Source: an uncultured Holophagales bacterium (GTDB taxonomy: Bacteria; Acidobacteriota; Thermoanaerobaculia; Multivoradales; UBA5704). Taken from it: a stretch of DNA of 64,000 bases. The stretch spans positions 96,001-160,000 of the forward strand of contig CAWJGT010000032.1 of the NCBI GenBank assembly GCA_963842525.1, read 5' to 3'. Below are positions 53,714 through 63,694 of the stretch, one piece after another (positions within the stretch are counted from its first letter, which is position 1; the number at the start of each line of letters is the position of its first letter). The position numbers and the translations under genes were made by a program. The notes beneath the pieces were generated by a model, which worked only from the letters and a program-made list of their open reading frames with translations, did not search any database and was not told the DNA's origin.

Positions 53714-56463
53714 AAGGGTGCCGGACACGAGGTCGTCTTGGCCGGGTGCTCCATCTGGTGAGCCTCGCCGCTCTCCTGTCCTCCTGTCGCTCCGATACTT
53801 CCGTCCCACTCCCGGAAGTCGAATACAGCGGCTGCTGGGCGGTTTACTTCCCAGGGCCCGTCTGCGCTCTCTGGCCAGTCTCTAACCCAGTGCTCAGGCT
53901 CTGGGTGAAGGCCGATCCCGGCGCGAAGGTGGAGATCCGGGCAGGGGACCGGCTCCTGACCGCGAGCGGTGAGGAGTGGGCCGGAGGCCGGCGCTATCGC
54001 CTGTCGCTCCCGCAGGAAGACTCCGGGCTCACGGTGCGGCTGCGGCAGGCGGACGGCGCCTACGGTCCATCCTGGTCGATGGCGCTGACCAGGACCGAGA
54101 TGCCCGCCTGGTTGAGCCGGTTCGGCGAGCTTGCAGGCAGCGGCAAGAGAAGGGCGGCTCGAGAACTGCTGCAACAGCGCTGGAAAGAGGCGCCCCGGAG
54201 CGAACAAGGGATCCTCCTGCGATCCTTCGCCCTGCTGGCCCGCCTGGAGGGCAACTCCGGGGAGCACGAGTCCTATCTCCAGCGGGGGATTGCGGCAGAC
54301 CGTGCTGAAAACTGCCTGAGCTGCGAGGTCGAGAAAGCGACCTTGCTGGCGGATTCTTATATGGGTCAAGGGCGCTTCAGCGAAGCGCGCAAGGTGTTGG
54401 AGAGCCTGGCGCTCCCTCCCGGGGCTCCGGTCGACTCGAAGTGCCTGGTGGCTTATCTGAAAGGCGTTCTTGCCAGCAGGGTCGGTGACTACCGCACGGC
54501 CCTGGAGCAGCTTCGGAAGGACATCGCCCTGGCGGAAAAGGTCTGGATGGAGAAGGCGCGCTGGAAAGCCGAGCTGGCCCTAGCCAACCTGCTGCAGGAT
54601 CTCGGCCGCTCGCACGACGCCTCGTTACTGTTCAAACGCCTTCACACCGCCCCTCATGTCGAGACTCCCTGCGACAAAGGGGACCTCTTGACCAGTTGGG
54701 CCTGGTCCTGGCTGCTCGCGCGGGAAGCGGGCGAGGAAGCCGAGGATCCGACGCCCATGCTGAAGGAAGCCCTGGCCGCCTACAACCCCTCTTGCGCTCC
54801 GCCGGAGCGGCGGTTCAACGCCCGCCTCAACCTCGTTCTGGCATTGCAGCAGGCGGAGCGGTGGAGCGAGGACCGGCAGGCCCTGGACCAGGCCCGCCCC
54901 CTGGCTTCCCATGCGAGCCTGCGCCAACGCCTCTGGTGGTATGACCTCGAAGCGCGGACCGCGATCGCCGCGGGGCGGCCGGAGCGTGGGTTGCGTCTTT
55001 ATGAGGAGCTCGCGGAGCTGGCCGAGCGCTCGCAGTCGTTCGAGGGTCGCTTTCGCGCCGCGTTCGGCCGGGCCCGCGCCGAGCTCGCCCTCGGCCGCCG
55101 GGCCGCGGCGCTCGCAGCTCTCGCCCAGGCGGACCGCTGCATCGACGAGCAGAGCCGGAATGTTCCGGCGTACGAGGGTCGCGACACCGTCGTCGGGCAG
55201 CGGGAGCAGGCCACGCGGCTCTACCTCCAGCTCCTCCTCGACGCGGGGCAGACGCAGGAAGCCTTCAGGCTGGCACGCCGCGCCCGTTCGCGGCTGCTGC
55301 GCCAGCTCACGGTCCGGGACCGGCTGGCGCTGCTGACCCCTCGGGAACAGGGGATCTGGGACCAGGCTCTGTCCGGGTATCGGGCGTTGCGCAACGAGGT
55401 CGATCAGCAGACGGCCGACGAATGGCAGCTTCCCGGGGACCAGAGGGAGCGCGCTCGGAAAGACCGGGCTTCGCAACTCGCTCAGGCCCGGGAGGATCTC
55501 GATCGCGCGATGGCCGAACTCGGAATCCCCAGGGACGACGACGAGATCCACCTTCTTCCGCCGCGTCCTGGCGAGGTCGTCCTGACCTACCATCCATTAC
55601 CCACGGGATTGTGGGCGGGATTTGCTGCCGATGAGCGAGGGCTCGAGGTCAGAACCTTCAGATTGCCTGCCAAGGGGTCCGCCGATTCCGTGGCGCTTGC
55701 CCAAGTCGTGCTCGAACCTTTCCGCCCGGCTCTTGAGCGAGCCGAGCGCGTGCGGGTGCTGCCCTATGGTCTCTTGCGGCTCGTTGATTTCCACACCCTG
55801 CCTTTTGGCGGAGAGCCGCTGCTCGCCCGGCACGTCGTGGTCTACGGACTCGACCTGCCGGCCCGGTCCTTCCCGGTCGACATGGACCGGCGTACGGCTC
55901 TCCTCGTCGCGGATCCGCAGGGTGACCTGGCGGCGGCGCGCCAGGAAGCATCAGTAGTTGCCGCGGCGGTTCGGACCTGGAAACCCGGCTGGACCCTGAA
56001 GCCGCTGGAGGGCACCGCGGCCCGCGCCGAGGACGTTCGCGCGGCGCTCCCTGACGCCGGTCTCTTCCACTACGCCGGCCACGGGACGTTCGCGGGCTTT
56101 GCCGGATGGGACAGTGTGCTCCCGCTGGCGGACGGCTCGTCTCTGACCCTCGGCGACCTTCTGGCCCTCCCCCGGGCTCCGGCCTGGGTGCTGCTCTCCT
56201 CCTGTGACGCCGCCCGCTCGTCCGAGCAGGCGCCGGGCGAAGGCATCGGCCTCGCCCATGCGTTCCTCCTGGCCGGTTCCCAGTTCGTAATCGCGGCCAC
56301 GCGGGAAGTCCCCGACCGCACCGCGCGCGACCTGCTGAGCGAGCTATATCGCGGATGGCAGCCGGGTGTGGACCTACCGCGCGAGTTCCAGCGGGCTCAG
56401 CAAATATGCAGCCATAGCCATTCTGCTTCTGATTGTGCGAGTTTTCGCCTGCTCGAGCCCTGA
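53710..56463 (+). CDS. TPR-CHAT (caspase-like) protease with lipoprotein signal
   Basis: MKGCRTRGRLGRVLHLVSLAALLSSC lipobox; TPR-like helices; CHAT motifs VADPQGDLAAARQE, FHYAGHG, LLSSCDA and GLAHAFLLAGS. Confidence 0.88.
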   Translation: MKGCRTRGRLGRVLHLVSLAALLSSCRSDTSVPLPEVEYSGCWAVYFPGPVCALWPVSNPVLRLWVKADPGAKVEIRAGDRLLTASGEEWAGGRRYRLSLPQEDSGLTVRLRQADGAYGPSWSMALTRTEMPAWLSRFGELAGSGKRRAARELLQQRWKEAPRSEQGILLRSFALLARLEGNSGEHESYLQRGIAADRAENCLSCEVEKATLLADSYMGQGRFSEARKVLESLALPPGAPVDSKCLVAYLKGVLASRVGDYRTALEQLRKDIALAEKVWMEKARWKAELALANLLQDLGRSHDASLLFKRLHTAPHVETPCDKGDLLTSWAWSWLLAREAGEEAEDPTPMLKEALAAYNPSCAPPERRFNARLNLVLALQQAERWSEDRQALDQARPLASHASLRQRLWWYDLEARTAIAAGRPERGLRLYEELAELAERSQSFEGRFRAAFGRARAELALGRRAAALAALAQADRCIDEQSRNVPAYEGRDTVVGQREQATRLYLQLLLDAGQTQEAFRLARRARSRLLRQLTVRDRLALLTPREQGIWDQALSGYRALRNEVDQQTADEWQLPGDQRERARKDRASQLAQAREDLDRAMAELGIPRDDDEIHLLPPRPGEVVLTYHPLPTGLWAGFAADERGLEVRTFRLPAKGSADSVALAQVVLEPFRPALERAERVRVLPYGLLRLVDFHTLPFGGEPLLARHVVVYGLDLPARSFPVDMDRRTALLVADPQGDLAAARQEASVVAAAVRTWKPGWTLKPLEGTAARAEDVRAALPDAGLFHYAGHGTFAGFAGWDSVLPLADGSSLTLGDLLALPRAPAWVLLSSCDAARSSEQAPGEGIGLAHAFLLAGSQFVIAATREVPDRTARDLLSELYRGWQPGVDLPREFQRAQQICSHSHSASDCASFRLLEP

Positions 56464-56593
56464 TCTTTTCCGTTCCTTGTCAGAAACAATTCCCCGGCCG
56501 CAAAAGCCTAATGTGTAGTCGCGGCATTGGATCAGTCCCGGAAGCCCGCTCAACGAGGAGCGGCCTTCTTGCCGCGGCCGGGAGGATAAATCC

Positions 56594-58690
56594 ATGAGAT
56601 TCAAGGCCTTCTGCATCCTGGTCGTTCTTCTGGGATTCAGCGCTGTAGTCAGCCGTGCCGCTGTGCAGCCGCCTGCTCCTGCGGCCGGGCTCGAAAACAT
56701 CGAGAAGAAGTGCGTGGCCACGAAGCCGGAAAACCCTGATTCTGAGGGCGCATGCGTCCAGTGGCGCCAGATCGGCTTCTTGAAGAAGGGAGTCAAGGAC
56801 GGCTGCCCGGCCGCCGATGGTTGGGAGGAGCCCCACTCGCTGTTGAAGCTGGCTCTCCTCGAGGCAAATAAAAAAACCGAGGAAGAAATCGATCAGGAGA
56901 GAAATGCATATTTAGCTCAGGAAGGCTTGCCCAAGCCGCAGATGGTCAGGATCAAACCGGCCGATCGCGCCCAGCTTCGCAAGCTGGGGCTCGACCGGGT
57001 TTGCGTCTACGAGGCGGAAGCCCCAGGGGAGCCGAATCTGAAGTCCTTGCCACCCCAGATCAAGCCGAAGCCGGACCGGCTGGCGCTCTCCACCACCAGT
57101 GCCGGAGGTCTTCCCATGGACTCTCTCAGCCAGGCGGTCTGGCAAGCCCTGGCGATTCGTTTTCGGGACCAGACGCTCCAAAGCGATGCAAACGGCCCGA
57201 GTCGGGTCCCCATTCCTTTGCCGGTGGAGCCCAGCGTCCGGCTGACATTCATCGACAGCCAGCCGGATGGCGAAGGGTTTCCCCTCGCGCCGCACAACGG
57301 CTCGCCGCACGGTTTCACCCTCGCCTACCTCGCTCGTGGCATGGTCTGTCCCGTTCCCGAGCGCTGCGCGGCCCTGGTCGTGACGCGGCGCGCTCTGAGC
57401 TTCGGAGACTTCACCCCGAGGGCCGTAATGCCCTCGAACGAGCTCCCGAGCGACCAGAGCGGTCACGTGGGCCTGATGAGCGACCTCGCCGTTAAGATTG
57501 TAGCGGAGGTCTTGTACTGGCGGCACTTCGACCCGGACAAGAAGCTGATTCTCAACCTTTCGCTCGGCTGGGACGGCGAGCTGTTCGGGGATCTCAAGAA
57601 ACACAAGCTTTCGAAGCTCGATCCCTCGGTACAGGCGGTCTACAAGGCCCTCCGCTTCGCCCGCCGCTCCGGTGCTCTCGTGATCGCCGCCGCGGGTAAC
57701 CAACGGGGCGGCAAGGTACCGTCCAACTCGCCGCTCCTTCCGGCAGCTTGGGAGCTGAAACGTCCCACCTGGCTGCCGTTCTTTCTCAGCCGCAAGCCGG
57801 TTTATGCCGTCGGCGGTGTGGACGGGCAACGCATGCCGCTTTCCAACTCTCGCCGCGGCGGGCTCCCGCGGCGAGCCACCTATGCGGACCATGCCGTGGC
57901 CGCAACCGAGGACCCCAACGATCCTACGGCGCTCTACACCGGTACGTCGGTCTCGGCGGCCGTAGCGTCCTCGATCGCCGCGATGGTCTGGCACCTGCGG
58001 CCGGATCTCAGCCCTTCCGAAGTGATGCGGCTGGTCACCCGGTCCGGCGACCCATTGCCCTTCCGGGCCGACTTCTACCCCTGGAAGAAGCTCTGGCCTC
58101 TCTCCAAGATCCTTAAGGCGCCGCACGCGAGGCGGCTTTCGCTCTGCCGGGCCGCCGAATCGGCCTGTGGCCCGGACGGCAGCAGGTGCCTCGCTCTGTC
58201 CTCCCTGCCGGCGTGTTCTGACCCTCCCGCCCCGTCACATGAGATCGAGGCGATCCTGCGTAGTCTCCCTGCCACGAAGAGCTCGGCGAGCCCGTCATTA
58301 AGTCCCCCTGAGCTCGTGGATGTGGCGAGCCAGCGGTGGGTCACGCCCCAACCGGAGGCGACTCCCTGTCCCAGTTGCGCGCTGGTTCCCGAGCCGTCTG
58401 GCTTCAGCGCGGCCGGTGCGCGGCTGGTGCTGGAAATCAGCAATGACTGGGACCCCGAGCAGAAGGTCCTTCTCACCGGCGCTACGCTTTACATCGATGG
58501 CTCGCCATCCTACGAGCTGACACACGACCAAGTGGTCCGCGGATCGGTGCACAGGATCTCGGTCGCGGCCGGAGGAAGACTGCTCCGAGCCCGGAGTGCT
58601 CAGATCACGTTCATGGCGAAAGACATAGCGACGGGAGAGCCGATGTCGATTCTGAACCCGGTCCTCGTCGTTGAACCCGTGGCACGATAA
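56594..58690 (+). CDS. secreted S8 (subtilase) family peptidase
   Basis: Signal peptide; FIDS (Asp), SPHG (His), LNLSLGW, AAAGN (oxyanion) and YTGTSVSAA (Ser). Confidence 0.8.
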   Translation: MRFKAFCILVVLLGFSAVVSRAAVQPPAPAAGLENIEKKCVATKPENPDSEGACVQWRQIGFLKKGVKDGCPAADGWEEPHSLLKLALLEANKKTEEEIDQERNAYLAQEGLPKPQMVRIKPADRAQLRKLGLDRVCVYEAEAPGEPNLKSLPPQIKPKPDRLALSTTSAGGLPMDSLSQAVWQALAIRFRDQTLQSDANGPSRVPIPLPVEPSVRLTFIDSQPDGEGFPLAPHNGSPHGFTLAYLARGMVCPVPERCAALVVTRRALSFGDFTPRAVMPSNELPSDQSGHVGLMSDLAVKIVAEVLYWRHFDPDKKLILNLSLGWDGELFGDLKKHKLSKLDPSVQAVYKALRFARRSGALVIAAAGNQRGGKVPSNSPLLPAAWELKRPTWLPFFLSRKPVYAVGGVDGQRMPLSNSRRGGLPRRATYADHAVAATEDPNDPTALYTGTSVSAAVASSIAAMVWHLRPDLSPSEVMRLVTRSGDPLPFRADFYPWKKLWPLSKILKAPHARRLSLCRAAESACGPDGSRCLALSSLPACSDPPAPSHEIEAILRSLPATKSSASPSLSPPELVDVASQRWVTPQPEATPCPSCALVPEPSGFSAAGARLVLEISNDWDPEQKVLLTGATLYIDGSPSYELTHDQVVRGSVHRISVAAGGRLLRARSAQITFMAKDIATGEPMSILNPVLVVEPVAR

Positions 58691-58753
58691 ACTTTGAGTC
58701 TGGCCTTGAAGCTACCTCCAGTCCACCCCTGAGCCTTCTACGATCACACCCTG

Positions 58754-58790
58754 AGCGCCGGCCTCCGTCGACACGGAGGCCGGCGCTTCT
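58754..58790 (+). terminator. hairpin downstream of S8 gene
   Basis: AGCGCCGGCCTCCGT-cgac-ACGGAGGCCGGCGCT followed by TCTCTT. Confidence 0.6.
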
Positions 58791-58882
58791 CTTGATAGCC
58801 GTTGTTTCCTGTCAGAAATCCACCACGAAGCGCGAAAAGCCCTTTCAGAAGGACCTCGAAGTCCGCTCGAAAGGAGCTTCGT

Positions 58883-61825
58883 ATGCGCCTCGCAAGAAAG
58901 AAGGGATTTCTCCCGGCACTCCTCGTGCTGTCCCTGTGGTTTCCGGGCCAGGCCTGGGGTGTCCCTCCCCGGGTCGAGTGTGCCCATGCCCCGGCCCACC
59001 TATCCACTTTCACCCCTGATTGCAGCGACGTCCTCGACTGCGACCCGCTGATCAATGTGCCAGGCTTCGTGCGCATCGGAGATCCGGTCGGCGCTCCGGG
59101 CGACGAGGAGCCGCGCTTCTTCTTTGACGAGGCGGGCGCCGGTCGCTTCCACACCGAGCTCTTCTCCCGCATCTACAACAACGGCGGCCATCCGGCGCCG
59201 AGCGGCCAGGTGACGGTGCGCTTGTCGGTCAAGGCCAACGCGACCGGACCCGGCGACACCTCCGATCCCTTCACGACGATCGGCGATTACGTGATGGATA
59301 TCCCGGTCATGCCCGAAGACTGGCTCACCGCCAACGCCTCCCATGATCAGCCTATGACGAAGCCGGTGTGCTGGATCCTGGGCGCCGGAGAGCTGTTTCC
59401 CAAGAAGTTCCTGCTCAAGGCGGAGGTGCTCTGGCCCCAGGACGAAGCTCCGGGCAACAACACCCTGTATCAGTTTTATGACCTGACCGCCGAGGCCCTC
59501 CCTGCCGACATCGCCTTTTCCATGGATCTGTCCGGCAGCATGGCCATTGCGGTCCCTGGCGGGGGCTCCCGCCTCGCCGTGGCCCAGGACCGGGCCCGGA
59601 TGTTCATCGATCTGATCGAGATCGAGGATGGGGTACCTCACAACCGCCTGGGCCTCTTCGGCTTCGCCACCGGCATGCCGGCGGCGGTGAAGAGCGACTT
59701 CACCGGCACCTGGAAGTCTTCGGCCGCAGCGTCGCACTCGAGCCTCCTGAGCGAAACGGCGGTGCTCTTTCCTTTCCAGGAGATTGGCTCCGCCGCCGAC
59801 AGGCTGGCCGGACGGATTGCAGTTTCCGACCCCGTGGTAGTCAGGCCCTATGGCTGCACGCCGGTGGGGCAGGGCCTGCTGCGCGCGAAGAGTGAGCTTT
59901 TGAGCCTCTCTGATCCGCCGGGCACGGAGCGGAGCCGGGCAATCGTGCTCTTCAGCGACGGATTTCAGAACGTCGGTCCCTACGTGAACGAGGTGCCGCC
60001 GGAGCTGTGCGGCGGCCCGAGCTCGCTCGCTCTGATCCATGCCGAGGAGACGTTCAAGAACAACACCCCCACTCTGCCGATCTACTCCGTCTTCTTCGGC
60101 GCCGAGAGCGGTTGGGCTCACCAGCTCATGCTGGACCTCCAGGCCCAGACTGGCGGCGACTACCTCTATTACACCGGCACTTCGCTCGAGCTGGCCGCCG
60201 CCTACTACCAGATCCGCCATCTGGTGGCGTCCAACGCCCTGCTCTTCCTGGAGGAGGACGGCAAGGCCGTCGGCGCGAGCCCGACCGCGGCTGTCCCGGT
60301 CTACTTCGATGCCGCCTCCTTGACGGCCACTGTGGGCCTGGCCTGGCCGGTGGGAGCACAGGGCACCCTTCTCACCGTCGAGGCAAGGCCGGCAGGGGGG
60401 AACAATCAGCAGCCCTGGCAAGACCTGGGCGGCCAGCTCGGCACGGCCAGGGTCGACCCGCCCGGGAAAAACCGCTTCCATGATGCGTACCGGGTCTTCC
60501 GCTTCACTCCGGGCACTAGCAAGACCTGGGAGCTGAGGGTGCGGCAGGTGGCGCCGGGCCAGGGGACGGTCCCCTACACGCTGGCCGTCTTCGCCCGCAC
60601 CGAGGAGGTGCGCCTCAAGGCCTCGCTCGGAGCGGAGGGCTTCGCCGCCGGCAAGGCCCTGCCCATCTATGCGGATCTCCGGAGCGCCGGCCATCCGGTG
60701 CCGAACGCGGACGTACGGGCGACCGTCACCGCGCCGGCCCGGCCTTTCAGCACCACCCTGCGGCGCTATGCGGACCGGCTGACCGTCGATCGTGGAGCCG
60801 GCGACCAGACCGTAGCCCGCCTGGCCGCGCAGCTCCAGGGAGTCCTGGCGCAGGAGGTGGGCTCTCCGGATCTCTACCCGGTACGGCAGCTCACGGTCAC
60901 CCTCAACGACCGCGGCCAGGGCGCGGACCGGCTCCCCGGCGACGGGGTGTACACCGGCGAGGTCCCCGCGGCCGAGACCACGGTGGCAGGCAACTACGGC
61001 GTCATCGTGACCGCCACCGGCAACCGGTCCGGCGTACCGTTCGAGCGCACGGAGAAGCTGGGCTCGATCGCGGCCATCGGGCCGATCGATCCGGAGCGGA
61101 CCGAAGTTCGCTTCTCCGCTCCCCGGCAGCTCGGTGACCAGTTGCGCGCCGTGGACGTCACCGTGCTCGCCATGGATCGCTTCGGCAATGCCACCTTCCC
61201 AGGGGCGGCGTCGACGATCACCCTGCTTCCTCAGCCTGGGGGCGGCACCCTGGCCGGCGCGCTGGCCGACGATCTGACCTCTACATACAGCCAGACGCTG
61301 GTCCTCGCCCCGGGCGAACAACCCGCGGTCACGTTGCGGATCGATGGGCAGGACCTGGGCAGCTTCCAGCCCGGGTCCAAGCCGGGTGCGTTCGCGCGCT
61401 TCGAGGCGAGCGTCCATGCCGGGCTGGCCGTACCCCATGGGGTTTTCGGGGAGAGCCTGGACGAGGGGCCGGCCTTCGCCGTGGATGCCACCTATCGCTT
61501 TACATCCTATGTCGCCCTACGGAGTGAGCTCGGCTTCTCGCTCTTCGACGATCCGGTCGGCGGCGACCGGCGGATGATCCATTTCGTCCCTTACCTCCAG
61601 CTCCGCAACCCGGTGCCGGTCTGGCAGCCCTATTTCGAAGCGGGGCCGGGCGTCTATGACCTCGAGAGCGCCGGCACCGCCGGAGGCTTCTCGGCGGGCG
61701 TCGGCGTGCAGCGACAGATCGCGCCGCACTGGCGGCTGGACCTGGCCCTCCATGGCCACCATGCCGGCGGCGGCCTCGACGCCACCTACAGCCAGACCAA
61801 GATCGGTTTCCAGATCACCTTTTAG
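58883..61825 (+). CDS. secreted VWA-domain protein with Ig-like repeats and C-terminal outer-membrane beta-barrel
   Basis: Signal peptide; MIDAS DLSGS..TP..FSDG; DRLPGDGVYTG motif; ~150-aa amphipathic strands ending IGFQITF. Confidence 0.8.
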   Translation: MRLARKKGFLPALLVLSLWFPGQAWGVPPRVECAHAPAHLSTFTPDCSDVLDCDPLINVPGFVRIGDPVGAPGDEEPRFFFDEAGAGRFHTELFSRIYNNGGHPAPSGQVTVRLSVKANATGPGDTSDPFTTIGDYVMDIPVMPEDWLTANASHDQPMTKPVCWILGAGELFPKKFLLKAEVLWPQDEAPGNNTLYQFYDLTAEALPADIAFSMDLSGSMAIAVPGGGSRLAVAQDRARMFIDLIEIEDGVPHNRLGLFGFATGMPAAVKSDFTGTWKSSAAASHSSLLSETAVLFPFQEIGSAADRLAGRIAVSDPVVVRPYGCTPVGQGLLRAKSELLSLSDPPGTERSRAIVLFSDGFQNVGPYVNEVPPELCGGPSSLALIHAEETFKNNTPTLPIYSVFFGAESGWAHQLMLDLQAQTGGDYLYYTGTSLELAAAYYQIRHLVASNALLFLEEDGKAVGASPTAAVPVYFDAASLTATVGLAWPVGAQGTLLTVEARPAGGNNQQPWQDLGGQLGTARVDPPGKNRFHDAYRVFRFTPGTSKTWELRVRQVAPGQGTVPYTLAVFARTEEVRLKASLGAEGFAAGKALPIYADLRSAGHPVPNADVRATVTAPARPFSTTLRRYADRLTVDRGAGDQTVARLAAQLQGVLAQEVGSPDLYPVRQLTVTLNDRGQGADRLPGDGVYTGEVPAAETTVAGNYGVIVTATGNRSGVPFERTEKLGSIAAIGPIDPERTEVRFSAPRQLGDQLRAVDVTVLAMDRFGNATFPGAASTITLLPQPGGGTLAGALADDLTSTYSQTLVLAPGEQPAVTLRIDGQDLGSFQPGSKPGAFARFEASVHAGLAVPHGVFGESLDEGPAFAVDATYRFTSYVALRSELGFSLFDDPVGGDRRMIHFVPYLQLRNPVPVWQPYFEAGPGVYDLESAGTAGGFSAGVGVQRQIAPHWRLDLALHGHHAGGGLDATYSQTKIGFQITF

Positions 61826-61840
61826 AAAGGAGCAACGGTC

Positions 61841-63529
61841 ATGATCAGACAAGTACGGCATCAGCCCCGCTTGCGCCGGGCCGGGTTGCGAGCCTGCGCC
61901 GCCTTCATCGCCCTGCTGGCGTTCTCCGTGAACGCAGCCGCCGATCCGTTCACCCTCTATGGCCAGGTCTTCCAGGTCGATCCGGAGTTGGCCGCGGACG
62001 AATCCATCGAAGACGCCGACCTGCCGGTCGGTCTGCGCGTGCCCTTCGTCCAGGTCCAGGTGGTGGACCCGGACACCGGCGAGAGCCGGGGAGCCCCGGT
62101 CTTCGCCGGCGCCAACGGCAACTTCACCCTCCACTTCGACGCTCCGGCCGGATCCACCGCGGCGATCCAGGTCTTCCGATCGGTCAATACGACGACGGGC
62201 GATCCGGAGGTGCAGATCTATCCGGAAGCCCGGAAAGACCTCAATACCTTTCCTCTCACCAATGCGCCTACAGGAGTGGCCGTCAAGGTGGCCAGCGAGG
62301 AAACGCTTCTCCTCGACCCGGGCAGCAGCTTCAACGCTTCCGTGGGCATCGTCTTCACGCAGGTCGGATTGGTGGAAATCCCCTACATCTCCCAGGATCT
62401 GGCTCGGCCGGACAAGGGGCGCATCGGCCTGGCCGATCTCTCCGGCGACCTCACCCGGGCCGCCGAGCAGAACCTCTCCAGTGACCCGTCAGCGGCCAGC
62501 TACAATGCCGTCTTCAAAGACGCTCCATTCGGCGGCCTGCTGCATGTCTTCGGCGCCTTCGGCAAACTCTCCGGAATTCCGCCGTGCACCGGCGCGGTCG
62601 ACTGGTATCGCGTGAAGATCCGTCCGGTCAGCTTCGACGGTGCCGGCAATCCAGTCTATGGCGCGGCCTTCGAAGGCACCGACCTGCTGCGCAAGATGCG
62701 TTTTGAGGTTGACTATGTCCCCACGTTCCGGGCCGATTCCTTTCTGGAGAAGATCGGACCCTACGACGGCGACGACCTGACCTCAGGCGTGGCAGTGCCG
62801 ATCCACAATCTGTACCGGGTCAACCCTTCTCCCACTACACCCGGCCAGACCGTGGTCTATAGCATGGCCGACCAGCGCTACAGTTGGGCGACGGGGGGAA
62901 ACCCTCCGGGCCTCTACGAAATCAGCCTGGAGTACTTCCGGGACGCAGGGACCACGGACCCCACCCAGCCACGCGTGACGAAGATCGCCGACGCTCCATG
63001 CTTCGGCGGCACCCTGCCACCGGAGGACGCGGACGAGGTGGCTTTGCACAAGCTCCTGGTCCGCATCGACAACACCCCCCTGGAGTCCAGCATGGATGGG
63101 CTCTTCGTACGCACCGGCGCTTCCCGTTCTTTCAACTATCTCGAGCCGGGGCACCTATGCGACATCATCGACCTCAACGCCGGAAGCACGATCGAGATCG
63201 ACTTCAAAGCCTGGCACAATGCCGGATATCTACGCTCCTACAGACTCACCGCCATTTCCAATGCAAAGGACAACGTGCCCTTTGCCGCGGCAGCGGACAA
63301 CTACGACAACCACAGCGCCTGTGGCCCCCTCTGGCGGGGCGGCACGGGCGCCTGCCCGGCAGTCGCTCCGCCAGGGGCCGCGCCGGTCATCACGGCTACC
63401 AGCACGTCACCCTTCCCCAGGTGCGCCTACGGCTTCGATCTGGTAGTGCAAGGGCGGGCGCAGAACGGCTACGGCTATCTCCAGGGCGCCCATCATCGGC
63501 AGATCTACTATGTAAACCCGCTGCCGTAA
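61841..63529 (+). CDS. secreted hypothetical protein (beta-rich, Cys-containing)
   Basis: RBS AAGGAG, signal peptide ..LLAFSVNAAA, 562 aa, operonic with the VWA gene. Confidence 0.75.
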   Translation: MIRQVRHQPRLRRAGLRACAAFIALLAFSVNAAADPFTLYGQVFQVDPELAADESIEDADLPVGLRVPFVQVQVVDPDTGESRGAPVFAGANGNFTLHFDAPAGSTAAIQVFRSVNTTTGDPEVQIYPEARKDLNTFPLTNAPTGVAVKVASEETLLLDPGSSFNASVGIVFTQVGLVEIPYISQDLARPDKGRIGLADLSGDLTRAAEQNLSSDPSAASYNAVFKDAPFGGLLHVFGAFGKLSGIPPCTGAVDWYRVKIRPVSFDGAGNPVYGAAFEGTDLLRKMRFEVDYVPTFRADSFLEKIGPYDGDDLTSGVAVPIHNLYRVNPSPTTPGQTVVYSMADQRYSWATGGNPPGLYEISLEYFRDAGTTDPTQPRVTKIADAPCFGGTLPPEDADEVALHKLLVRIDNTPLESSMDGLFVRTGASRSFNYLEPGHLCDIIDLNAGSTIEIDFKAWHNAGYLRSYRLTAISNAKDNVPFAAAADNYDNHSACGPLWRGGTGACPAVAPPGAAPVITATSTSPFPRCAYGFDLVVQGRAQNGYGYLQGAHHRQIYYVNPLP

Positions 63530-63694
63530 CAGGGTCCCTCCCGCTCCCCAATCCCGGCCGGGACGATCTCCCGGCCGGGTCCGCCTCCGCACCGCCACAA
63601 TCTTCTCCACATCTTCATCATCGGTTCATACTGCCTCCTTGTTTGAACCGCATCCTCGTCCTTGGCAAGGCTGCGGCCTGCCAAGGAGGAATCC

